Both the position numbers and the translations under genes were made by a program. A DNA stretch of 58,211 nucleotides, from the NCBI RefSeq assembly GCF_001194135.2, contig NC_068983.1, forward strand, positions 119,038,935 through 119,097,145, given 5' to 3'. Source of the stretch: Octopus bimaculoides (taxonomy: Eukaryota). Shown in pieces: positions 11,485 to 24,240 of the stretch. Below the pieces are notes generated by a model. The model saw nothing but the letters and a program-made list of their open reading frames with translations. It was not told where the DNA came from and searched no databases. The first letter of the stretch is position 1; every line of letters begins with the position of its first letter.

Positions 11485-13205
11485 GAGGAGACCGGATCTA
11501 GTTGTTAGATTTTTTTCATTTTTTTGCCTTGGTACCCACATAAATGAACACAGCTGAAGTTTCTTTTCAGATTTAATTAGTCAAACATCTCTATTTATTG
11601 TTATCATCAGCAAAAAAAAACAAAAAAAAACAGAAATTGCATAACATTGATTAGACATGTTCTAATTAATGTGGTAGTCTCAGCAATTTTCCCCGAGTGC
11701 GGGGTACTTTCTGACACTTACTGGGGTACTTTGTTACAACTGTCGATAACTCGGAATTATGTTAACAAACAAGTTTAAAAGGAATACGTCTCCTGCATCT
11801 TGCATCTAGAAAGTATTATTTTAATTAATTAACTGTGCTTTGAACCACCTCATATCCTAACTGTGATACTGAGAGTCCTCATCAGCCAATTTCCCCATTG
11901 TTATATGTGCCATCTAGTCGGAATCGTACTCCATTAACTTCTCACCACACAGATCACACAGAAAGTCCTGTCATCCATCGGCACAGTCAGTCTGTGCCCA
12001 GTCTTCACAGATCATGCATTGCACCCATTCTTCACCTGTAAGGGAGTTGGAATACCAATGTGAGCAGACAAGGCATTTCCAATCGGCGACTTGCTTGCTG
12101 TGAGGCTGGTTCCCTTTGCCTTTACCTGTTTAGCTGACTTACCCTTCCCCTTTGTTACCTTTTCTGTACCAGTTGCTTTCTTTGGTTTGGATTTCCGTTC
12201 GTTTATTTCATCCAATATGCTCTGTTTTACAGGGGTTAGGGTTAGAATGGCTCTTTGGCACCTCTTGCGACTTCCACGACCTCTACCTGTCTTCCTGGGT
12301 GAAGCCTTCCTTAATGGGCGCAACATATCTAGGCTTGTAACAACACCAGCAGGAAAAGGTGTAGGTTGGTCTGTCGGACCGTCCTGTCGTTCATTGACCT
12401 GGTCGCCTGGTTGAACATCTGACTGGACGTCTGGCTGCAAGTTAGGCTGGTTACCTGGCTGCATGCCAGGCTGCATGCCAGGCTGCATGTCAGGATGGTT
12501 GTCTGGCTGCACTTCAGACTGGTTTTCATCTTGTTTTGGAGCAGGTCGGTCCGGGACGTAACAGCTGACGTTCTGTTAACATCTTAAAAGGTTAGTGTAA
12601 GGGATACCGGTAACTTTATATCTAATGAGCCTGAAACCTACCTCGAAATCTTTCGCAACATCCCGTAATGATTTCTTCACATCCGCAACTTTTCTGGCGT
12701 CTCTTTCCATGACATCAGGAGGGGTATCTCCCCTTCTAGTTTTCCTTTTGTAATTTCTAGGCATGGCGTGTTAAACTGAAACAGAGGGGTAAGTTGCTAC
12801 ATGCCTGGGGTAAGTTGATACACTGTAACAATTAACCCCGACCATGGATTTCTGGGGTTACCTCGTACACAGTACTAGCAATCCATGGCATCCAGGACAC
12901 ACCTTCATGTATCGAAGGCAACTTCTAACACTTCCTAATGAGCCACAAACTACTTCAGTAACACCACTTGTGCTTTAGGAGTTAAGGAAATAACTTTGTG
13001 GCAAAATTCCACTTTTGGAGTAAAAAATCGTTTTTTGAGCCATACCTTTCCTAGTGACAGCCCATCAGTGCAATACACATATGCAGTCATGATGCTATGG
13101 AGTTGGCCTTCACGAGGTAGAGAGCCATGTGCCACCTATTTCTTGAAGTTGGAAAAAATGGGCTTATAACAACTTACCCGTGTAACAACTAGACCTGGTC
13201 TCCCC
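11485..13205 (-). mobile_element. Internally deleted pogo-like (Tc1/mariner superfamily) DNA transposon
   Basis: Imperfect TIRs GAGGAGACCGGATCTAGTTGTTA (11485) and TAACAACTAGACCTGGTCTCCCC followed by TA (13205). Repeated GGGGTA(A/C)(G/T)TT motifs. HTH-like and PHD coding remnants but no DDE domain. Confidence 0.75.
11915..12764 (-). pseudogene. Transposase remnant: N-terminal HTH (psq/CENP-B type), YVPDRP linker, QPxx repeats, basic region, PHD finger
   Basis: MPRNYKRKT...KSLRDVAKDFE; CYVPDRP; LRKASPRKTGRGRGSRKR...AILTLTP; after a frameshift DWKCLVC...EEWVQCMICEDWAQTDC...*...CDLC (PHD-like, with one stop and His replaced by Gln). Confidence 0.7.
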
Positions 13206-13549
13206 TACATTTAATCTCTATCCTTGCGAGTTTTGAAAATATACTGTGACTTACAAAAAAGTAATTACGTCAAATTTTATTACAACTTGGGATAATTTTA
13301 GGTGGAGGATCTGAAATCACCAGGAAGACCATAGCTATTAACAAAATTTCTTGTCAATATAACTAATACTGAAATGATCCATAAGAGTGATTGTATTCTC
13401 TGGCAGTATGGAACTCACAAAGTATAATTGTGCATGTACAGGAACGATTTTACGGTTCCTACGCATTTTCGGTTTAATGATTTTTCTGAACTAGGAGTGG
13501 GCACCTGGGTCAACACACTTTAAATTATACAAATATTATCTTTTATCTT

Positions 13550-13959
13550 TTACTTGCTTTAGTCATTAGACTGCGGCCATGCTGGGGCACCACCTTTGGG
13601 AATCTTAGTCGAACTAATCGACCCCAAAACTTATTTTCTTATTAAGTTTGGTAATTATTCTTTGATCACTTTTGACAAAACACTAAGGTACGGGGAACGT
13701 AAACACACCAACACAGGTTCCCAGTGGTGGTGGGGAACAAACACACACACTCACGTACGTAAATACATACATGCATACATGCATACACACGCGCGCGTGC
13801 GCACGCGAATGCACAGATACATACACGACGGGATTCGTTCAGTTTCCTTCAATCAAATCCACTCAGAAGGCTTTGGCTGACCTGAAGCTATAGTAGAAGT
13901 CACTGAACCCCGAGCTATATGGCTGGGAACAAACTTCTAACCACACAGCCACGCCTGCG
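13550..13959 (-). mobile_element. tRNA-derived SINE, family B, with internal CA/TA microsatellite
   Basis: Minus-strand head GCAGGCGTGGCTGTGTGGTTAGAAG...GGGTTCAGT; body AGTCATT-GACTGCGGCCATGCTGG shared with 25890-26254. Confidence 0.8.
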
Positions 13960-14595
13960 GTTCCAAACAAGAAGGTGGTTTCCCTAGCGGTCACCTATCT
14001 AAGTACTAACATGGCTCGACATTGCTTAACTTCAGAGTGTACAGAGGAGAACTAGTGCATTCAACGTGATATGGCCATAAGCCATAATAAAATATTTAAA
14101 TAATTAAATGAAACACAGCTATCTGTATATTCGTATAAATGATACAAATTTATTAATACTGTAATAGACGTTAGTCTGTGCAAAGTACTAGCAAACTAGT
14201 CTGACGGCCGCAGAGATTTGCAGATCCTGCTCGTAAATTAATGAGGATTTTAGAGATACCGGACCATTAATTAGTGTCTGGGAATCGGTGTTATACGTAT
14301 ACTGGTTTCAACACACGGGTTCGTATAAAATTTCTTTCAAAACTATCCAAATACGATAAATGCGTTTTTTAAACTTTATTTACGTACACTTTTCGACAAT
14401 CAGCGCACATTTCAAATAATATGTTATTTATCAGATGACATCTCGACTATAGGGAAACGATAAAGATTAATGAACCGAGAAATTCTAAGAGAACGCGAAA
14501 AGTGAAGTATCTGACATAAGTTTAGTTGGACGTATCGAACTCTTGTTGGAAATCTCTTATTTTGAGAATATTTTGACTCACAGATAAAGACACCT

Positions 14596-14725
14596 ACACT
14601 CGCACGCACACGCACACACACACATACACACACACATACACAAACACATACACACACACGCACACACACACACACGCACACACACACATATACACACACA
14701 CACACACATACACACACACACGCAC
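14596..14725. repeat. (CA)n microsatellite running into an N gap
   Basis: Directly visible. Confidence 0.95.
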
Positions 14726-15638
14726 NNNNNNNNNNNNNNNNNNNNNNNNNNNNNNNNNNNNNNNNNNNNNNNNNNNNNNNNNNNNNNNNNNNNNNNNNNN
14801 NNNNNNNNNNNNNNNNNNNNNNNNNNNNNNNNNNNNNNNNNNNNNNNNNNNNNNNNNNNNNNNNNNNNNNNNNNNNNNNNNNNNNNNNNNNNNNNNNNNN
14901 NNNNNNNNNNNNNNNNNNNNNNNNNNNNNNNNNNNNNNNNNNNNNNNNNNNNNNNNNNNNNNNNNNNNNNNNNNNNNNNNNNNNNNNNNNNNNNNNNNNN
15001 NNNNNNNNNNNNNNNNNNNNNNNNNNNNNNNNNNNNNNNNNNNNNNNNNNNNNNNNNNNNNNNNNNNNNNNNNNNNNNNNNNNNNNNNNNNNNNNNNNNN
15101 NNNNNNNNNNNNNNNNNNNNNNNNNNNNNNNNNNNNNNNNNNNNNNNNNNNNNNNNNNNNNNNNNNNNNNNNNNNNNNNNNNNNNNNNNNNNNNNNNNNN
15201 NNNNNNNNNNNNNNNNNNNNNNNNNNNNNNNNNNNNNNNNNNNNNNNNNNNNNNNNNNNNNNNNNNNNNNNNNNNNNNNNNNNNNNNNNNNNNNNNNNNN
15301 ATATATAAATCACGATTTATTCGCGATCAGTTGTTCAAAAACCGAGGTACTTCTGTATATATGTGTGTGTGTGTGTTTATACACATATACATACATATAT
15401 AAGTACATATATACGTAAATGTGCGCGCGTGTGTGTGGGGAGGTGTAAGTATGTGTATGTGATGACCACACAAGAGATAATGAAAAACCGAGGTGAACCT
15501 GTATCATTAACCCTAAAGGAAAAAATAATTAACCGTTGTTGTAAAATCAGTTTCGTCATATTGAAGATGCAGTATTGATCGAAGAGTTAGGATAGGAATT
15601 TACCATTCCCACTCTGTCGGACATATATTATGACTATC

Positions 15639-15690
<52 letters not shown>
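15639..15690. repeat. (AGT)n microsatellite
   Basis: Directly visible. Confidence 0.95.
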
Positions 15691-16013
15691 ACTCTCTTTT
15701 GAATGCACTTTTATTCCTTGCAACCTGACTCAACTCTCTGGTATCAAAGCAAATAAGAAAACTCTACGTTGTCTTTGTCACAGTTCAATATGGTAGCATA
15801 ATCTCCTCCTTCTCCATCTTCTTCTTCGCCTGTTCCTCTACCTCTCCTCCTCTTCATCCTTCTCCTCCTTATGCACCCCATTGTCTCTCATAAAGGGACG
15901 GACATATTTGTTAACTTAGTTTTATGCCTTATATGTTATACCTGGGGCTAAATAACAGCCCAACGATACGTGAAGTGTATTTGTGATTGCATTTATGAAA
16001 CACGTCCTTCAAT

Positions 16014-16210
16014 GGAGCCACGTGGCTTAGTGGTTAGGGTGTTGGGCTCATGATCAGAAGGATGTGGTTTTGATTCCTGGACCACGTTCCAATTCACACA
16101 GCTGGCAAAACTGAGTAATCTTGCGACGGTCGGGAGTCCCGGAGTAAATGTAAATGCCACGAAAACCGGGAAACTGATATTATGAGTTTATATGACTTGG
16201 GATGGGTCTT
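16014..16210 (+). mobile_element. tRNA-derived SINE, family C
   Basis: A-box TGGCTTAGTGG and B-box-like GGTTTTGATTCC, followed by a non-tRNA body. Confidence 0.65.
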
Positions 16211-16267
16211 TATCCCTTTTTTAAAGTATCCTTGGAAGAGTTTGTAGTGTTTGTCGAAGCACTTGTG

Positions 16268-16304
<37 letters not shown>

Positions 16305-19300
16305 TTTTGATTTCTGGCCGAAGTCATTTCACTTCACTTTCACCACTAATGGCCTGAAGGAATTCTCTTTTTCTATGCCCCGTGAATTTATTGAAATTCT
16401 TCTAAGTAACTTTGATTATGGTTAATGATTAAATCTCTTTTTTTTTTTAAAGAAAGTAATTTGTGAAAAAAATTTCAGAAAATATTTTCCTTTTTGGAAG
16501 GTGGGTGATAATGTTGAAGAAGGGAGACATGCCGCACTACGTAACCTGTTTTGAGAGGAGATATTTAGTCATGTAAATACAGTCCGTCTTGTCTTTTTAC
16601 AGCATAAAATTTCTAGAAATGGAGTAGATAATCTTCTACTTATCCAGGTAGTAAACGTTATAAAATAGCGCACTATCAATTAAATACAGATGTCTTTACT
16701 CTGCCATCAGTTAGCACATCATATTATCTTTGAGTTTGTTTATGTCTGCTATTCATACACAAGGCTGCTTTTCAGAAATTTACCATTTGCATCATGTACA
16801 TAAACATTTAATCGGAGGCAGAAAAAAATCTTAAGAATTAATCCAAGTGCGTAAATTTACCTTATGTAAGGATCTAATCTAAACTCAGCTAAAATTAAGT
16901 GACCATCTCTAGAAAAACAATAAATTTAATCTGTATGAGTAATGTTAGCTTAAATGCATTTGGTGTAAATGTAGATAGTGTAACAACAACATCAACAACA
17001 ACAATAACAACATTAACAACACCAACAGAAATTGTCTCGGTTATTGCTACGTTCTATGTACTGTATTACCTAATATCATGTAGAAGGATTCGCTAATTAT
17101 TGCAGCTTCCTGTTGTTGGCAATATCTGCCCCCCACTCTGTCACAATTAGTATATGTACCTGGATTTACTTGGTGTTCTTTAACTCTAACTTTCACTGTG
17201 TATTTACATTAATATTTTTAGTTCTCACTCCTTCCACTTGTCTTTATCTCTCTCCCTCACACATGCAAACATATGCACGCAATTACATTTAAGCATTCGC
17301 TTATTCCTACAATATATCAGATGTTCGTATTCATTTCCAACATATATTTTCAATCACTAAAACCAAAGACCCGTATAAAATCAGGTGCAATTAAAAATAC
17401 ACAACCAATTATTTTTGTTATTTTTATGTTCAAATTTCAACGAAAAGGTCGGAGCCTCTTGATATCCTTGTGTCAGGAAAACATATACCAATAATAAACT
17501 AAAATCGAAGCAACTAGCAATATATGCGTCTAGAAAACATGCATAAGTATAAATGAATATCATTATTCTAACCAGTTTCTAAGAGTTATAATTTTGGTTG
17601 CAGCCTAGGTACTCCGAGTTGTAATCATATCAATGATTACTATCGTACCCACAGCATAGGTGAAATGAGGAAAGTATAATCAAGATATCCTTCAATTTTG
17701 GGGGTCACGAGTTCTCAGATGAACTTGTATTGGATAGTCTAAGGTATGTCAGATCGCGAGATGATTGAAGTTCGCGCCTATCACAAATTAAGTCGCAACC
17801 ACACTGCGATACATAAAAACTGCATCAAAGATCCAAAATGGATGATAACAGAGCTATTTAATTAATTGCTCGACTAACAACGACCTCAGCGTTTGCAGAT
17901 GTGTCAAATGAAATTCAAAACAGCGCCAGCGAAGATTCGGGATGTAGCAGGCAGTTTCTTATCGATGCTAGAACATGTGGCTCTTGTGAAACCGTTATAG
18001 CAATGAGACGGATACGTCACTCAAAGCTATTATTGGTTACGGTCGAAATACTCACTGAAATTAAACTTTATTCACATCGTTATATTCGTTTGTCATTCAA
18101 ATTAAAACAACTTTGACTCATTTCTCGGTGACTGGATATGTTTTGTACCAGTAATAAAATTAGGAAGATTAAATGATACATTCTTCTTAACGCCCAATGT
18201 CTCATATTGGGGATAAAGGCTGTTACCAAATGTAGAACACCAAACTAAACACTATACATTATTCAGCTTTGTCTCAGTACGATCCCATTTCAAAGAATTA
18301 GATGGAAATTTTTAGTGAAAAGATTCTTTCACATTTTCAAAAGGAATTATTTTAACTTTTCTACTTCAGCAGGAAATATTTTGTTTATTTTGCTAATGCG
18401 ACGCATGTATCATTTCGGTAAATCACAGATTTTATTCTTATGTAGAATGCATAAAGATCTGAGAAACTGATCCTCTTGTATAGAATATCTGGGGATTGGG
18501 GGAACCTAACTTCTCCATCCTTTCTTGTGGAAATGTATGAACCTAACAGTGTAACGTAATGAAATACTCATTAAACATAGAATTGCTTAAAGCTAATCAC
18601 TCCGATTATTCACGTTATTGTGTATAGCCACCTTAACTAGACCATTAACTGAACACAGTACTATGCAATGATGGGATATGAACTGTCGATCTGTTGGTCA
18701 GTAGGCCAGTTTCATATCGGTTTGTCTAGCAGCGCTACTCATAATAAATCTTGATTCTATAGCACGACTTATTTTGTGCCCTGCCTGTCGTTCTCACATA
18801 AAAGTTTTTGACATAAAAATTTCAACACTATGTTCCTCTCAACAAGCACATTATCTCTGTGAGGCTGTGTACAAAGAAGCTATTTCTTATCCAAAACAAG
18901 ATACTATCTTGACCCCCAGAACTTTCTTATCTTTCAAATCCAAGTTAAATTAAGAGTAAATACAAATTTTAAAAAATACCGTTAAAGTATATCTCAACGG
19001 GCGTATCTTTCTTGTAGTCCAATCCTAACGAACAGTCTCCTTTACTTTGCCTAATATATCTTCACCTTACTTATTTACAATGTTAGTTCTACTATAGCCC
19101 TGACGTTAAAAACATGTTAACTATATCGAATATACTCATTCAATAATTCTCTTCTTTGTTCCAAAATATTCTACTTTCACTGTTTTTTACCTTTGGAACC
19201 GAGTAGTTCAGTATGCTCTTTCTCTCCATCACTGTTGTTGATGCCGTGCTAAAAAGAATGATTTATTAAACTTCGTAGAGAAAGAATACATTTCGTAATA

Positions 19301-19448
19301 ATTGAATGCTAAGGGTGTAAGAAATGGATTTAAGACCATTTATTTTTATCCTTAACAAAACTACAAACCAGTAAATGCGATGTTGTACTCTTCCATAAGC
19401 GTGCATACATACAAACAATTTACACACACAGTATACATACAACTTCAC

Positions 19449-19595
19449 ACGATACCAGGAAGACCGCAGGAAAAATAGAGAGACGATTTGGTGATACAGA
19501 ATTCAAAAACCTGAGGTTTAAACTTCACCAGCTGAAACAACAGCTCAAAGCTATATCTGAGCCATCGCAGTTGCTAGAAACTTAGAGTGTGTCAC
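19449..19595 (+). mobile_element. Short fragment of a non-LTR retroelement ORF (tentative)
   Basis: Translates DTRKTAGKIERRFG...RFKLHQLKQQLKAISE, resembling the LxxLKQxLxA helix upstream of RT in some invertebrate non-LTR elements (from recall only). Confidence 0.35.
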
Positions 19596-19928
19596 TCTGG
19601 GGACAGTAGAAGAATCGCATATAACCATAACTCATTTCTCCCTTTACACCTTTGGTCTTGATCGAAGTCTTTTCGAATAGCTTATCATGAAATATTCGTT
19701 TCGCCTTTCTATGCTTCGAGTTCAAATGTCAAATTTGCCTTTCATCCCTTCGAGGCTACACTGTGAATGTATTTCTACTTTCTTTCTCTCTGGAGGAAGT
19801 CGTCTGTAGTGTCAGAAGTAAACAAGGATGGAATCCACAAGATACAATGCCTAAGATATGGCTCATATCACGAGAGGAGTGCCACTATAATTTCATCAGA
19901 AATTGAGGACTTGAAGCGACATATGTGG

Positions 19929-19961
<33 letters not shown>

Positions 19962-20937
19962 ATCCAGAAAATAGTAAAATTAATCAAAATCTTTTATTAG
20001 ATGTTCTCATTTGTTTGGCGTCGTTACAATTTGAAAGAAAGATTTCCAACTAAGAAGTAACGCATTTAGGAAGCGGGTGTTCAAGAAGTTTAATGAATGT
20101 CGGGATTTGTTGTCAAACTATGATCAAGATAATTCTTTAGTAAACCTATAATACCTTTAGGTCTATGCGCTTCCATTCAACAAATATCTAGGAAAATAGT
20201 AATAATATTTACAAAACACAATAAAATTAACTTGAAATACATTATAATTGTGCGAGCGAAACTACGATTCAGAATTGATTACCTGTCAAAACCATTTAAT
20301 AGTTGCTTTTATCGCTCTTGGAATGTATGAACATTTCAAAGTTTCATTCGTTTCCTGTATAAATTTGAGAGCTTATACCTAGTCAAATTAAGTGTACTAG
20401 AGATATTTATAGACTAGATAGTAATTCAGAAGGGTAAATTTTGGTGAGCGAACTACTTCAGCTTAGATGTTTTGATTTGTAATGTTACGTTATTCGATGG
20501 GGGGGGGGGTCATTTCCGCCACCACCGCCAAAGAGCTTCTGTCAATTCTCTTTTATCAAGTCAACATTTTTTTATATCGCACATCGTTAGTTCAAATCAT
20601 TAATATCTACAGGCTGTCGCTAAACTAGGCAAGGCTCATCAATAGTAAGTTGTTTTGTCGACTTCTCAAGTTTCACTTCAACGTCGGAAACTAGACACGA
20701 AGGATTCCTCACTAACTGTCTATATATGTGGTCGACATGTACTTTTATCATGACTTCCAAGATTCATGACCATCTTACTCTGTTATCTACACTAACTTTC
20801 ATTTCATTGGCAAATGTTTTATTTTAAAATGTCTTAGTTTCTTACACTTCAACAATATTACTTCGGGAATTCGTTTTCATTACTCATCTCCCAGTAAGAC
20901 ACAAATGGCAAACTTTACTGGAGTCCTCGGTAACAAC

Positions 20938-20939
<2 letters not shown>

Positions 20940-20972
<33 letters not shown>
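20940..20972. repeat. (ATT)n microsatellite
   Basis: Directly visible. Confidence 0.95.
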
Positions 20973-20973
<1 letters not shown>

Positions 20974-22578
20974 TTATATGTATAAGAAAGCTGAGAAAGT
21001 TTGAGAGATGTATAATATCATACTTCCAGCTTAGACACCTGACACCAAACATGAAGAAATTTTATAAACAGAATTCTTGAAAACACTCTAAAACGAGGAT
21101 ATGGTAACATATTCCCCATTAAGAAGACCATTGCCATTAATAACTCACAGCTCGAACTTCAGATTCGCTACAGTTGCTAGGATTCATACCCTCTAATGCT
21201 ATTTTATAGTGACCACACATCATTGACATAGATAAATGTTACGCTTCTTTATTCTGAATAGTAATGGATCGTACAAGGGAAAGCTGTAACCTTCGTTATA
21301 GTAGTATTTGTATATCTTGTCTCATGTAGCTTCTTTATATACATGCATAAAGATCCAAAAGCAAAGGCCGTCTGAACTTGCAGACAAACTTTCAATCGAC
21401 AAACGCTCAAACGAATTATCCTCTCTGATTCTCTTACGTCTAGCTATGTAGTACTTATTGCACTGAATTAGTAAGCTTTATAGCAACCTTTCCTGAATCC
21501 ACTCATCTCAGGACCTTTCATATCTTTACTGTGTCTTGTTCATACAAATTCAAATCACGTACTAAACAATTTACTTATTATTTCCTTAGAACTACAATAT
21601 ACTAGATTACTAAAATCAATCTAATTTTCAGCCACTTTGAACGCAATGATCTGGGTGAGCCTCATTCCCTAGAAATTCATGTTCTTTTTTGGAATAAGTA
21701 ATAAAAAAAAGTAAAGAGCGGGTAAAAAGTGTTGACACTAACAGATCTTAGTCTATGAGAAAATACGACATCCTCTCGATATTTCTTGTTTCCCCGTCAT
21801 AAATCCCGATGAAATACATAATGACTACTGCAGATACAAATCGTACAGAATCGATTGTGGACGAGTGAACCTACACATAATTTTCCCTCACAGACTCTAT
21901 CGGAACTTATGATCTAAACATTACAGCTTATATATGGTACTACAGTTTCTATACGAACTCAGCAAGAACGGGATTCTAGTATTTCTAAGCTGAAAATTAT
22001 ATGAATTCGTCTATTTCAATTTGTTTTCATTATAATTATGAATTCGTATTACTATTACAACCCTGCTTACATCATGTGAAGCATGTGATGGCTCATATAC
22101 CGTACTAAGTATCATGGTATACTCACTACGTAGGAACATTCCTTCACCAAGTATATATTTTTCCCTAGTATAAGCTATTATACATCAAATAGATGCTTAA
22201 ATATGAATTACCCGCAGGGTGTTATTTAAGTAAGAAGAAAGTAAATGAGTAGATAAATACCATAAACGTAAGCTTGAAGAATAAAATACAATTTGAATTT
22301 CAGCTGAAGCCATTTTCTTCGCCTAAATTTACTTCATTAACGTATTTGAGAAAATAATTTACATCTTGTCTATTCTTAAAAGAAAATGTTTAACTTAGTT
22401 AATTGGTGTGAGTTTGGTAGTTGACAATAACTAGAAGAAGGATTGATCTTTAAGCTTTCACTCTTAGTACATTCCATGATGACTTGAAGCATAAAACATT
22501 GAAAAGATTTCATGTAAAATCCATTTTTTCCATGAATATATTATGTTATAAAAGCAAGGCAGCGAGCTGGCAGGAACG

Positions 22579-24240
22579 CCAGTTCGCTTCCGGTGTTATT
22601 CAAGGTGTACGTGAGTCATTTTGACGGTATTTTCAGAGTGTTAACATCGTTTATTTTTTTAGATACTTCGTTAATTGTTTTTGTGCTGCTTTGCAGCAAT
22701 TTGTTTGTGCTTTCTCTCCTCGTTTGAGGTGAGTTACCTATGAATAGAAAGAACAATTTATTTTATTCAGACTTTAGTAGGTCTGAATTTTCATCGTCAG
22801 AAGGGGGAACTCGTAAGAGCAGTGGAAAGAATGGATGGTCAATTAAAGAAGAAAAGTTTTGCGGAAATGGCGGAAGTTGCGAATAAGGAGGTGGATCTGT
22901 CAATGTTGAAAAGTTACGAGAGGATGGTACACAGAGAAGGGGGCGACGTAAAGTTGCCGCCCACCCGGGAAGTAATAAGATATGCAGGAAAGAACTATTG
23001 TGCACAAAGTATATTCTGTAGGAGATAAGAGAATTGAAATTGTATCAGTGGAGAAAATTGAAAAAGGCCTTGAAGTCAATCTGGCAAAATATAACATATC
23101 TTGCCAGAGGAAGTCGATATGGAATAGCGGAGGCTCACTTTAGAAAGGGAGCAAAGGCAAAGCAACACTCAACAACCCCGTTAAGGGCGGAAAGTGTGGT
23201 CCTCTTACCCACATACCTTGGAAAGAGAGCTTCCAGGTTTAGGGTAGAAGGGATCCCACTCGAAATAGATGTGACTTGGGTAGCGGCGGATATACTTCTA
23301 TGCAACGAAGAGGAAATAGCCGTTCTCCAAGCCACGAAAACAAACAACCAATTGGAAAGGACAAACGTTGGATATAATTATACAAAGTTCAACGGAAAAC
23401 CTAGAAAAAATGGTGGAAACAGTAACAGTTGGAGATGCGATGTTAAGAGTCAGGATGGAGGGCAGAATCCCTCGATGTTTCAAATGTGGCCAAAAGGGGC
23501 ACATTAGAGTGAACTGCCCTTCACCGACTGAGAAAAATCAGGAAGATGTCAGGAAAGAACCAGAAAATGTATAGGAGGAAACACAAATAAACGACGATGA
23601 ACCGTGGAAAATGGTAGAAAAGAAAAACCAGAGGAAAAGAAAGGTCAGACCCCAACTCACACCCACCACACCCACGCCTTCTCAGCCTGACCTTCCCCCT
23701 GCAGACACCAAACCCACCCATTCCCTTCCGACACAAAAACAACAAAAAAAGGCACTGACACACAGGTACCCACAAACTTCCCCTCTCACTGAAAGTTGGT
23801 TTTGCATGTATGTGATTTAGAGGTGCAGATGAACTAATTAACAAAGTAACAAGATGGAAAAACAGTGTTGATTCATGTGGAAAGAAAGACTTTAAGTATG
23901 TTAGTATTGAAGAAACAGAATAATGAAATAGAAACGTATAAAGGTGGGTACAAGTGCTAGAGAGTGAACTATGACATGAAAGGGTTACCGGATGATATAT
24001 AGTATGAAGAAGATATAAAAGAATATGGACTGGATATTTTGGAGGGTACGGAATTTTAAGAAAATAGGAAGTTAGAGAAGCTACTCAGAGGTGGGGCGAG
24101 TTGCTTCATTTTCATTTTTCATTCATGCTTTCATACGCTCTCCTGTGTTTCTCTCTTTTTTTTCCTTCCCCTTGTTTTCTTTCTGCACATGTTTCTGTAT
24201 TGTTCCTTCTATGTTCGCCCCCAGTAGGTAATAAAAAATT
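22579..24240 (+). mobile_element. ORF1(gag)-only non-LTR retroelement, copy 2 (HAL1-like)
   Basis: Flanked by CAGGAACG (22571-22578) and CATGAACG (24241-24248). Contains T-rich 5'UTR, ORF1 with CCHC knuckle, 3'UTR and an AATAAAAAA end. No RT. Confidence 0.85.
22822..23823 (+). pseudogene. Frameshifted L1/Tx1-type ORF1 with CX2CX4HX4C zinc knuckle
   Basis: KSFAEMA; TYLARGSRYGIAEAHF...LPTYLGKRASRFRV; MEGRIPRCFKCGQKGHIRVNCP; Pro/Thr-rich tail; stops and frameshifts. Confidence 0.85.

Noticed and set aside
16014-16085. tRNA gene (also other SINE heads)
   Set aside because: A/B boxes are present but there is no cloverleaf with acceptor stem, and the sequence continues into a SINE body.
18676-18720. 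GATATGAACTG / CAGTTTCATATC hairpin as pre-miRNA
   Set aside because: The upper stem pairs poorly and matches no miRNA I recognise.
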